A DNA stretch of 64,000 bases, from contig JBNZDD010013678.1 of assembly GCA_050575255.1 (NCBI GenBank), positions 4,048,690 to 4,112,689 of the forward strand, in the 5' to 3' direction. This document shows positions 23,568 through 35,636 of the stretch, in pieces. Source of the stretch: Harriotta raleighana (taxonomy: Eukaryota). The position numbers were made by a program, and so were the translations under genes. The notes below the pieces were generated by a model, which ran no database searches, was not told the origin of the DNA, and worked only from the letters and a program-made list of their open reading frames with translations. Every line of letters begins with the position of its first letter. Within the stretch, counting starts at the first letter, position 1.

Positions 23568-26500
23568 CAATAATTTAGACTGTTGAAAAACCAAATCCCC
23601 CCACTGTAACATAATGAGATTTTTTTTGGGTTGAATTTAATGGATGCAAATGTATGGTGTTAACTTCATTATTTACAGCTATATGTGTTAATGTAACACC
23701 CAGTGATTTATCCTGTGCCAGGGGTTCCCATTACAGAGCATTTCAGTCAATTACGGTGGTTTTAAAGAGACAGCATTTTTTAGTCAGTTGAGCCAGTCTC
23801 TTAACTATACCAAGCCAAATATCAAAGGTGTTTCACAGCTTCTTTTATTTCCTTTTACCAAAACATATTTGAAGCTTGTAACAGTTCTCATTGGTCATTC
23901 CAAAATAACTCCTGCTGCACCTAGAATATAAATAACATCTTATTTTAAATACAGTCTATCAAACCAGTGAAAACAAAAGGGTCGATATTCATTAACACCT
24001 GTCCAAACTTTTGACGTTTTGTCTACAATCGCCAACATAATAATGATGAGAAATTTCAGACATTGATAGCAGGCTGCCGAATGTTGCTGAATTACCATCA
24101 TAATTCAGTAACTGTAAGTTCTGAAACAGCTATACACTTTTCCCCAAGTTCAGATTGTTTAGGGGGCAATTTGCCAAAGTTGCTCAAGTTTGGGAAAGTG
24201 CTTGACAAGAAAGTGTTGAGCAAATCCCCTCTTGGCAGTTTCAAGAGGCCATAATCTTAAAATTGGGAAAAAATGGGATAAGACCAAGAATTTTTCTCAT
24301 GGCAAATTCTTTCACTAGCTCAGTGCAGCATAATTTTAAAAGTTCTCACTCTGATGGATGGTTTTAGTTGCGTGACAAAGGGCAATATATATATATATAT
24401 ATTGCGGACATCGCAATTATATTCTGTTAAACTCCTACATTACAGGTCTAACAACTGATGCATTCTTTCTGTATGTACCCTACTGCTATGATAGAGAAAT
24501 AGGATCTTCCATCAGTTCAAATCTATGCAGGGAGAGGTCACAGAAAAACAAACCCGAATCAAGTAAGAGCAAACGTTTGATTTGTGCTGACTGTGAATTA
24601 AGGGATTCACTTCTGCAGCTGTTTGGGATGTGAGATGATCCGAGATAATAGAGATTTAGTGATAATTACACCTCAACGTTTTCCCACTAGCACAACAGGA
24701 TATTTTTCAACCCACAACAAGGACCATAGAGAGAAAACAGGGGACTGTTGCTGCACTTTTAAATCTCATTAAAAAGTCCATGACATTTCTAAAAGGGAAT
24801 TCATAGAGTGCTCAAAACCCAAAGTGCACAACGACAAGAAAATGGACTGATTTCAAGGGGGCCATCTACATCTGATAGTACACATGGAACCATTCGAAAT
24901 ACAAAATAACAGCATTAAATCATTTTCTATCAGCAACCTCTGAGTTGATGGGCATTTTGTCAGACCATAGGTTCCGCTTAATCCCACTTCATCTGGCCAG
25001 ATTCATGTCAGCTTTCCAACTGACATCAAATGTCAAGGTAACTTCAAGCTGGGAGCTCAGTATCAGTGCTGATTTAAAATACCTGAATTTTGATTTGTTG
25101 CAAACATTTCGAAATGAGAACATTTCCTTCACTTTTCTACAGCTGGAAGCCAAAACTAATACTTAGGCATCGTTTGTCATAATTGCTTTCTCTTATGAAA
25201 ACTTCCTGCAAACATATTCAAAACTATTTTGCCGTATGAATCCTAAGGATTTTCCTTTGCAGAGGTTAGCATTTTAATTATGTTGATATAGTAAGTGATG
25301 AAACTGACGATGGCAGCACAGCAATAAAGAATGAGTGTCAGCCAAGCAATTGTAAAAGACTTAAGGCCTGGTCTTCCAAAGGAGATAATTACAACCTATG
25401 CACAGTAAAGGCAATGCAATGGATTCAGCTGATTCTGCATTTGTTAGCAGCAGCCCTAAAAGTGATACAAGAATTAATCCTGCACAATCCATCGGAAGCA
25501 CATTCATTACATTTGGAATTCTATGGATGAGCCAGTGATCAGTTGACGTTGGTGTTTCTCATACAAGTAGTATACACTATGTGTAAATATTGTGGCACAT
25601 TTTGGAACACTTCAAAGATCCCGTCGGTAATACAGTATCAAGCTAAATTACAGAAGAGGACGAATAACTACACAGACAACTATTAAATGACAGGCCATGT
25701 ATCCCTCTATAATAAACAGTTAAATGTCCTTCAAAAACAGCTTAGAATTTTCTTGGTAACCCATACCATGTGGAGGACAAGATCCATAGAGTGTTTCAGA
25801 TTGATATTTGCTGGCTGCAATAGAAGATGGTACAGGTATATATAATAGTCTCTCATGCCTCCTCCAAAGATGAATGAGTTCAACATCAGATTGATGTCCA
25901 TATGTCATTCAAAATGGTAAAATAGGATTGCAGAACATATCATTAGTTCATCTATCTATGGGTCTGCTCTCTCCACCCACCTGCCCCTGGTAGAATCACA
26001 TTAACATCCTGCACTGGGGATAATAGCTCACTATTTTTTCATACCACCACATATCATGCCACTAAATACATTTAGCCCTTATATTAAGTTTACAAGGTCC
26101 TACCCATAATTTACACTAATGGTGCTATAATAACCACACTATGATATTACAGGAAATCTTATTATGTGCTCCATAACACATCAGATATTGCACTATACAT
26201 TTTTGAAACATAAAGTCAGAGATTGAAAACCGAACGACTGCATATAAATACACAGTGGAGTGCACACTGTGAAACATGAGTACAGCCTATTGTAACATTA
26301 CGAGATTATCATTTAAAAGCGCTTTACGCTCTGGAAAGATAAGGATACATTATAATAAAAATGAACAGGCATATCACTCGAAGCTAATCCTTCAGGCTTC
26401 CTGCTATTACTGATTTATAATATATGTATATTTTGAAACGTATTAGCTGTACTACAAAACATGAAATACTTAAACATTTGCCTTGAGGTTTGCAACACTG

Positions 26501-27559
26501 AATCGTATTCAAAGTGCTGTTGAGAAGTTCTCAAAGCTTATGGTGCAGAGAGGATGGACATTGTTTGCTCATTCAGCAGTGTACCACCTCTACACATAGA
26601 TTCAGGATTACCTGGCTGATAAGTGCACCAATGTCAATGGTCTTACAGAATAAAACCTCGGTAAATGATTTTCACAGCTACAGTACTTTTGTACTGTTCC
26701 TCCTTAATGACTCTTGACAAAGCCCTTAAAAATCTTAAATGAATGCTTTGTCAAAGCATTGTGCACTTTTAAGGCAAATTCTAAAGGAGAATATTTTATA
26801 ATCATTCAGAAGTTTACATGGAATATCTCACTCATAGTATTGCTTTAAAGAAGCTGCGCTAATCATATTTTTTAAATCAAAGCAATATTTTAAAACCTAA
26901 TTTGCAAGCATTTTCATATGCACATCACACAAATCTATTTGTCACCCATTTTCAATGTAAGCAGTAAAATTGAATCATTTCATTTTTCCACCCATCACAT
27001 GTAGCTGATGTTTTGTTCACTAGTTTCATGTCAGGAACGGGATGAATAGGTTCTGGAATTTGCCAACATCTGGTGTAACCATGAGGCCAGAAAAGTCAAC
27101 AATCACCGTCTGCCAGAGCGAATGTCTTTCCATGATTTGTTGACACCTTGCAAACATTTTCTGTCAGCAAATATGAATGAATAGTTTTCAGAATGTGCTG
27201 CTGACAGATCCTCTCAGCCTTGCCTTCTGAACAGTGAATAGACGCCCTGTACTGTCTCAACAAATAATCTGGAGAACCAGTCATCAAAATACCAAAAGTG
27301 AAACGCTGTCATTGCAGTAAACCATGAAAATGAGGATGTAAACTGCTTGACACCATGGGGTGGGAAGGAGGGTGAGCAAGTTGATGTTGAGTGACCATAG
27401 ACTATATTTAAGGTCAAACATACTTGAACTTACAGGGGAGGCATTCCTCTCTGAAATACACAAGTACAGTAATGCAGGTTTAGTTAACGGTTGAGTATGA
27501 ACCTGCTCCCAAATAATTTAATGGTACAATACTGTATGCACAATCTCTGGTAATGACAG

Positions 27560-27628
27560 TCCAGGGCCTTGGGATGTCCTCTTGATGTGAAAGGTGCTAT
27601 ACAAGTGTAATTTTGTTGTTGTTGTTGA
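27560..27628 (+). mobile_element. Isolated L2-type 3' tail
   Basis: ccttgggatgtcctcttgatgtgaaaggtgctatacaagtgtaattt(tgt)n. Confidence 0.75.
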
Positions 27629-27914
27629 TTCCGTGGAAGAGTTTGCATCTAATCTAGAAGATAGAAAAGCGTAGGTTTCTGAGTGTCTGCCAGTGAGGGG
27701 AAAAAAATAAAGCATCAATTCATGGTAGTCTAGTGCTCTGGCTTGAACAATGTCGTCAGCCGCTGCAGTTAAAGAGTTCTGTTTCAGCAACGTATTTTGA
27801 ACATGTGCACACAGTCATTTCATTTCAAAGCAAAATGTTCTCCTTTTCTTGAAGTGGACTGAAAGTGGTTTTAGATATATATCAATATCCAGGAGTTAGC
27901 CCAATAATGATGCA

Positions 27915-27970
27915 ATGATAACTTGCATTTATATAGCGCCCTTCACAAAAGGTAGTGTCCCAGAGCATTT
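27915..27970 (-). mobile_element. Isolated L2-type 3' tail
   Basis: aacttgcatttatatagcgcccttcac...gtcccagagca. Confidence 0.65.
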
Positions 27971-28289
27971 ATCTCATGTAAGAGCTGTGAATACCATCCC
28001 CTGGATGTAACAACATGCAGATAGATAACTGATAACATTCTTCTCTAAATGTGCATTATCTTGCTTCCCAGAGATGCCTTTGGTACACAATACACTCTGA
28101 AGTATTATATCATTGGACCAAAAGATATTTCAATAAAAGAAAAAATTTGTGTTCCTCCCGGGCCATTGCCAGAATGCAACAAACACAATCTAGTGAACAC
28201 TCTTCGAACTTGGAGCATTAGGGTGCTGGAAACAAAAGGCGTTAGTATTAATTAATACTTTTAGTTGGGAAATAAAAGCAACAGAGAGG

Positions 28290-28850
28290 CAAATTTTGCA
28301 GGACAATTAATCATGAGTCTTTGTTAATTACACAAGGGATGTTACAAATGATCTTTTTTTTGAGGCAGCCGAGTAAAAAATGATAATCCTCTACCCTATC
28401 GGATCATTGGCAACCCACCAACCTACTCAACAAGAGCAATTAGAGAATACAGCAGAGGCTCCATAATTGCGTGCCTGGAGAAGGGAATGCTGCAGGTTTA
28501 ATTGCTGTAAATAAAGACCATTTGCACTAACACTTGATTGCACAAAGCAAATCTGCCGGCCAGGCCATAACTTTAACCACTTCCAGGTGGCTTTGTGTAT
28601 CTAAAAAAAAAGCTTTGCGCGGGCAGGGTCTCTCTTTGTAATTCTTTTGCAAAGTCCCTTCACAGCAGTCGAGTGTCTAAATCTGTGGTGTCATCATTGG
28701 CATACTGCGCTCTGAAGATGAAGGCTGAGTTTTGCAGTATTGCAAGGAGCTGTCTCCGTAACGTGTAATGGAGATAAAGGCTTCCACTTAATTCTATAAA
28801 AACACAAATGTTGCTGTCTTTTTTGGTACCAGAGTTATAGGCTGCCTCCT
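28290..28850. promoter_or_regulatory. Putative conserved non-coding element or enhancer
   Basis: Repeat-free; dense TAAT/ATTA, SOX-like (CTTTGT, ACAAAG) and FOX-like (GTAAATAA) words; retained CpGs; conservation not tested. Confidence 0.4.
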
Positions 28851-30911
28851 GCCAAAATGACTAGAGGCAGCACATTATTCTCAATACATTTTTTTTCAAA
28901 AGAATGTATGAGGAGTTTTTGTCTGGCTAGTGTGAGTTGGCGATGGTTCAGTTTTCACAGCACAGTCAAACGCTTCTGCAAAAGCCAACCTTATAGCCAG
29001 ACCCAAAAGGAGAGTGAAGTATTGTGGAACAGGACACACTGCAGCCCTTTGTCAAAAAGATCATCTTTTCCTTCGCAGATCAACATAACAAACACTGGCA
29101 TTTGAGCAGAAAGTTCTGAACTTCACACCTCTTTCCTGTATACTGATCCTAACCTCTACTCTGCCCCAGTGTGTTCCAAATGATGGGAATTCAGATTGGC
29201 TCCACTTGTCACTTTCAAATGTCACTTCACAGATGTGTCCTTGGCATAATACTGATGACCTTGGTTCACTTCTCTCTGTCAGTCTCTCGGACTGTTGCTG
29301 GGCTTTCTCTTCAAGGTAGGAATCAGAAATGACATGTATCCCTTTGGATAAATGGAGGAGAGGACACACAAGAAGGAAGTGTGCAATCCTATTCAAGCAC
29401 TTGCCCCTATCAACATTGCATAAAAAGCACAAGTTTTTTTCTCAATGCCATGAAGGAATTTAAGGCTTGTGCTTTTCTGAGAGATTGAAATGTAATTGTG
29501 TTGTTGTTGTTGATTGTGCTTTCAACTCTTTGGTTGTTCAGGTAGGATGGGGAGTGCTGCACTCAGAGTAAATATATATTTCAGCCTATGAGAGCACATT
29601 AAACTCACAGACTGTTTCCACCTCAGGCTTTATCCAGCTCTCACCATCATCACCACCCATTTAAGTTCTACATTTTTGCAGAGGTGCTTCAAAAGCCAAG
29701 TTGGCTGTTGCCTGGGGCAGTATTTTCCATTTTGTGGGTAAATTTGTCAACCTTTTAAGCATGTTGGGATATCCTACTGGTCTGAAAGACACTATTTGAA
29801 TGCAAATTGTATTTGAATAATGCTTATAATGGACACTTTGATGTCCGTTATATACAAAAAGGCAGAAAGGAACGAGCACTCCCTGCCAAGGTTGATAAAG
29901 GTGCTGACAAGCAGAGAAGAATTATTCTCTCAGTACTGGAAAATTGTATCAATCAGTTTCTCAAAGACCAGAGGAATTGACGGATTTCTTTTTATATTCG
30001 GGTATACTGTATCTGAAATAGACATCTATTGGAAGCTGAATGAACTGTACGTAACTGGTGTCTTGACAGAACTCCTAGTGATATACTCTTTTTTTTTCAC
30101 AAAATGACATAAATCTTTGGGTGGTCCTTGTCCCAGCTACAGTTCTACAAATTTGTCTCTGAATGATAGCTGTCCTTTTCCTTTGCCTTCGCTTTGCAAA
30201 GCCTGTTCGAACATGTTCAAGCAGCTTCCAGTCAGTCAGTTGTTGGGATTTGAGCAGCATCAATAAATCCCAGTGAGCTGTTCTCTTGGAAAATTCCCTT
30301 TTATTAGTTTACTGTTGCTTTTATTGATCATCTGTTTTCAAGTTGAATTGCACTAAATTGTCTGAGGTGTAAGTGTTGTCTGTTTTTTTTGATGTCTCCA
30401 GCTCCTCCACAAACACATTATTGAGCATCATGGAGTCGTATAAAACAGTGTCCTTCCTGCTATTAGAGCATTTCCCCAGTTCTGTCACAATGCGCACACT
30501 ATTGTAAAACGGATTTAAGCAAGCAATGTGCACAGGACCAGTTTACTGAGGGTGATCAAGTGTGACCACTTGAAAGGCTCTGAGATTCATTTACTACCTA
30601 GGTCCTTTGGTAAATTGCTGCCTTGCTGTAGGTGCTTATCAGTATAGAGGTGAACTGGGTTGCCCATAAACCATCCCGAGACAGTGAACTCCTGTGTTTC
30701 TCAGGTTAATCCATTTTGTTCCATGTGCCTTTACTACATCCTGCTTGGCAGTAATCAAATGCTGCACATTGGCCTTATTGTAGTCATTGTGATCAAGTAG
30801 ACTTAATCCTGCACCGTATGTTTACTTCATCAAGGTCTTTATATCAGAACTAGACATTTACAACAACATCTGTATAGTTTCCAGCATTGTGAAACTGTCC
30901 ATTATAGGACT

Positions 30912-31345
30912 GTGGAGTCTTGTAGCTCACTTGCCTTGGAAGTGAGAGACCTGGGTATAATTCCCGGTAGGGCAAAACCTTGGGCAAATTTCCTTACTCC
31001 ATACGTCTGAAAATAATCCCTCAAGATTAATAATAATGTAATAATCCTTGAATTTGAAATAGTGCTTTTCATGTCTTCAAGGCATCTCAAAGCACTTCAC
31101 AGAATATACTGTAAATGAACTGACTGTATGTGTGTGGGCGAAATGCAGTAGCCAATTGCGCACAGCGGCGTCCCACAAACAGTCGTGGATTGAAATGACC
31201 AATTTTATTATTGTGGTTCTTTTGGAGGGATTGTTTAGGTGTGTGGAGTAAGGAAACTCGCCCTGACCTGCCTGCATCAACAAAATAACAAAAAAATGAA
31301 TTTGGTGCACAATTGGCTGCCGTGTTTCGCTCACACGTTTACAAC
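30912..31345. mobile_element. Plus-strand SINE with a minus-strand SINE (about 31029-31277) nested inside
   Basis: Plus head at 30912-31028, then an inverted copy tail first, then the plus body resumes (gtgcacaattggctgccgtgtttcgc). Confidence 0.8.
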
Positions 31346-32245
31346 AGCCACTTGGATGGGATATCAGAAGGGGCTATGGCGAGCCTGGTCCTGCAGTCAG
31401 AGTGAACACAGCAGAACTGAGGTGAGACACTGACGCCTGAGCCACTTTCTGCTATTATGTGACGCAAATTGGGGTCCAATTTGTTAGTGTCTCAAAATGG
31501 TTGTGTCTATTGAGTCAAGGATGTTCCAGAGGATATTTTGGAGAGCAACTGCAGGGATCTGCTATTTCCAAATTCCGTCTGTGACTCTCGTTAATTAGAC
31601 TCCACTTAATGTCGGATAAACCTGGAGCTATCCAGCAGCTCTTTGTGTTTTGCAACATCAAACTAAAGAAAACACAGATAATAGAAGTAATTTCAGATGA
31701 GTACTTGATTAATAAAACGCACACAGAATCCACAAAATACAGCTCAGCTCTTTTGCTATGTGTCATCCTCCAAATGCTTATTTTTCTCTCCTTTGTATTG
31801 AGGATCCTTGTAAACTGGATGTAAGATATATTAAATGGGTGCATTAATGTTCCAACTACCAATGAATCACCCAAAACCATTTTCCATATATAAATTCAGG
31901 TGTTCACGTTATCGCCAGGTCTATCAAAAATTGTGTTTTTAACACAGTCAAGCAGCAATATGCAGGGTTTCCTTTCACCTAAAGGGGGCCTGTCACAGGC
32001 AGCTGTCCTTTTCACATTGCCTCTTCTGATATAGCCTCTGTTACTATGGTGATACCCTCTGAAGTGTTTGTAAGGTCACAGAATGAAGAACTAAGCCTCC
32101 GAGACCTGGAATAACTAATGCTGCTCAGTTTAAGGTCTGATGTAAATAGTCTCAGGTGACAGCAAACCGTACAAATAGTCAATTACAATTGCTCAAAGGA
32201 AATGATTTGTTGTAACGTCCACTGTTCCACCTCCTTGACATCAAT

Positions 32246-32259
32246 GTTACTATGGAAAC
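32246..32259. promoter_or_regulatory. RFX X-box
   Basis: GTTACTATGGAAAC matches the palindromic X-box GTNRCYATGGNAAC. Confidence 0.55.
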
Positions 32260-33792
32260 TGTTGCCTATTGCGCTGCTTAGAATTAAGTATTGATCGCAA
32301 GCGGAGCCAGCCCTGTTTCAAAAGCTTGTGTTTTCTGTACCCGCAATTTACAATGGGAAGCCACAAGTATACTAGATATTCAAAGCCCTAAGGAACCAAT
32401 TTAGGAGACAGTTACTGGGGGAAATTAGCACAGGTCAATAATGGCATTCTGATTCATGTCCCACAAAAAATCATTTTGTTCTTTCAGATGACATGGGCAG
32501 CGCTGAGGGTGAAAGAAATCACTAGCAGCGCAACCAGCTAACTTTCCCACAAACATAGAGGCAGGGGAAAATTCATTCACAATCATTCAGGTATTTAATG
32601 CAGCAATGTGGCTTTTCACAATCTCGATTGATTTAAGTATGGACTTTCGATACAATATATTTCCAAAATGGTTGCAAATAAGCCCTTAAAACCACAGAAA
32701 CAGAATAGCTCATGGAATGGTTGCAGTGTGGAGTATTGGAAGTGGTGAAGGCTGTCTGAACTGAATTAGCGTCAAATGAGAAACAATGAAACATGTTTTA
32801 TTGTTTAATTAAAGGGCCTTATTTCTTCCTTAATTGAGAGTTTGTTATTTTCTTATTTCCTTTCATTGTTACTGGAGCTGTAAATCCAATTGATGCTGTG
32901 AATTGTGTTGTGTGGCCTTTGGTCGCCGACACAAGTGTATGTTTTGATGGAACCTGGAGTTCCACACAAGCTCACTGTACTCAGTGTTGGGGGGAGATGA
33001 TCATGGAGTACTCTGGGCTGATGTTCTACAACAAGGTGGTTTTTGCAGAAATAATGCGAATCTTCACATACTGAGCTCCTGACCTCAGTAGCTAATCTGG
33101 ACTACTCACTTCCTGCAAATGATATATTTTTGGTCAGCTGGGTGTCTGACACTTGCGGAATCCCATCACCATGCTTAAAAACATCCAAACCAAACAGAAT
33201 TCTCTACCTATACATGCCACCTCCACATGGAAATTCATGTGCATCGGAATGAACTCTCCCTGGAGGGACACATCGTGATTACCTAAAGCTGGAAAGTATC
33301 AAGCGTAGGCTGCCAAGTGTCCCGAGTTGGTTAAACAAAAGGGAGAGAGTGGAGGAATCCATCTCTACTGTTTATTGTAGCTACTCCAGAGTGGCATTGA
33401 CAGAAGCTATGCACAGAGCTTGTGCAACAATGTGCAGTCAGAGAATTAAAAACAACAGCCACAACTAATGATCAAACGTGTTTTTTTCAATGTTTCTTTT
33501 AAAGCATATTTGGGGATGTTTCTAGGGAATAAAATAAGATGTTTTATTGGAGTGTACAATAATGAAAGTTTGCAGGCTTTAATCAATGGCCTCAATTCAC
33601 TTTCAGGTGTCTGAAAACAGAAAAATCTGACTTAAAAAAAAGCATTGTCCCAGGTACAATATTATTTTGCTGGTGAAGTTGGTGCCTATTTAATGTGAGG
33701 AAATTAGTGCTGACAAAAATGGACCAGTTTCTTATTCTAAGTACCACTGTCCACATGAACTACTCCCACTTCATGCAACAATGTACTTTATT

Positions 33793-33855
33793 TTCAGCAC
33801 CTTGGGACATCCTCCCAATGTGAAAGGAGCTATACAAATATAACTTGTTGTTGTT
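33793..33855 (+). mobile_element. Isolated L2-type 3' tail
   Basis: cagcaccttgggacatcctcccaatgtgaaaggagctatacaaatataact(tgt)n. Confidence 0.75.
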
Positions 33856-34999
33856 AATTTGACACGCTACACTTGCTACACATGCTAAAAAGTCACCAGT
33901 TTACTACTGTGAGTAGTTTGTTGTTAGAAACTCCCGTCTGCTCTAAAGAGGAATTAATTGTAAAATAGTTCAGTGATTTCCAAGCAGACTTTGATTGTTG
34001 ATTTAAGTCTTTATTTCCTTTCTTTACTACAAGAACTTTATACAAACTCCAGATTTAGGCAGCTCAACTGTGCTGTACATTCATCGCAGTCAATGAAGAC
34101 ACATTGATTGCCTACACTCACACTTGAAGGTGGCAACTTGGGTGAGGTATGCGGAGAAAGGGTCAGGGTCTATGTTTGGAGGGGGGAAAAGTAATGAAAA
34201 ATGCCACCATCCCACCCACCACAAAAGAAAAGTATAAAAACATGCCCCCCCAAAATTGAATCAAGCAGCTGTACACATGAGCCTTATGTCACTTGTCAGC
34301 CTGACAGCTGCTGAAAGGAAAATATTCCAAAGTATAGGTCGGAGGCCAGTAAAGATGTTTTAAAATGTTGTTGAACTCAACTCCCTTCAGGCAAAGAAGG
34401 CTTCCATCCAGCAACTCAGATGTGGAAACGTGCTCTGCAATTCTTCCTGTGACTCTGGCTCCTTAAATATTATCCAAACCATTGTCACAATTTCTAATAT
34501 TTTCCCCCATTTTCCAAGGTTCATTCACAGGTCTGCACCACAGCAATTTCTAGTCTTTCTTGTGTTTAAACACACCCATAAATAAATGTGTAACTTTCAC
34601 TTTCAATCTACAGAAAGTTCAGCACGTTAGCAGAGGTTGGTGGTCAGAAATTCTTTTTGCACTGATATTAAAAGTTAGTTTCTCAGTCCAGACATTCTGT
34701 CAATACCAGCCAGGCCATTACAGAGGCTTTGTTTATTATCCACTGCTCTAGATTTTAACTCCTACGACCTCTGAACTGAAGTAAACAATTCAGAAGCTTT
34801 ATTAGTTATTATTACGTACCTCTGTCTCTTCTCAGCAAAGTCCAATAGCAAATGGAGGTTTAATGTTCCACTGACATTAGGGTACCTCCTACCTCATCCA
34901 CCTGCTGAGAGAGTCACCCTACCATGAGTAACATATCATTACATCCATTAATAAGGTTTTCCTATATCTCTACCAATAAGCCTGAGAAGAATAACTTGG

Positions 35000-35138
35000 T
35001 CAACAATGCAAAATACTGCAGATGCTGGAAATCTGAAACACAAACAGAAATCGCTGGGAACACTCAGCAGCTCAGGCAGCATCTATGGAGAAAGGAAACG
35101 TGAGCCAACCTTTCAGGTCCACGAGCCTTCGTCAGAAC
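35000..35138 (-). mobile_element. Penelope-like non-autonomous fragment with a hammerhead core and a 13-bp TSD
   Basis: Exact direct repeat aagaataacttgg at 34987-34999 and 35139-35151; minus strand CTGACGA-AGGCTC-GTG-GACCT-GAAA; the body gatgctggaaatctg...actcagcagctcaggcagcatct resembles chondrichthyan Penelope ends. Confidence 0.72.
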
Positions 35139-35524
35139 AAGAATAACTTGGAGTTCATCAATAGGTTGATGTTTCAACTCCAACGTATAGTATTTAAATT
35201 TGGCGCCAACTAAAGTCAACATGTGCTGAACCTGTGGTCTTCCTCGAGATTCATTGAGGCATATTTGTAGCTCGTTCCATGGTCTCCAGCATGCATTTAA
35301 TCTAGGGAGTTGTCACTTTGGCCTTTCCCACATTGTTCAATATTAATGACTGTTGAAACAATTTGGATTTGTTTCAAACATCACCTGCGTGCTTCATCAC
35401 TGAATATCACCAAACGAAAAATGTACTTCAGACAATCACTATGTATTTCACATGCATTAAAAACTCAGAAAGCCACATAATGCTCTTCTAACAAAATGGG
35501 TCAATAATGTAATTAATGTTGGTC

Positions 35525-35636
35525 TCAACCTAGTTCAATTGGTCATGCCTCTAGGTCATAGGTTGGGGGTTAAAGGGACTTGGGCTCATTGTCTTGACTG
35601 ACAGTTCAGTCCAGTGTTGGAGGAACACTGCATTAC
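35525..35636 (+). mobile_element. Highly decayed Deu-SINE head
   Basis: gggacttgggctcattgtcttgactgacagttcagtccagtgttggaggaacactgcatt resembles 23410-23480. Confidence 0.5.

Noticed and set aside
32489-32591. Plus-strand exon-like segment
   Set aside because: Stops in all three frames and a weak donor; no independent support
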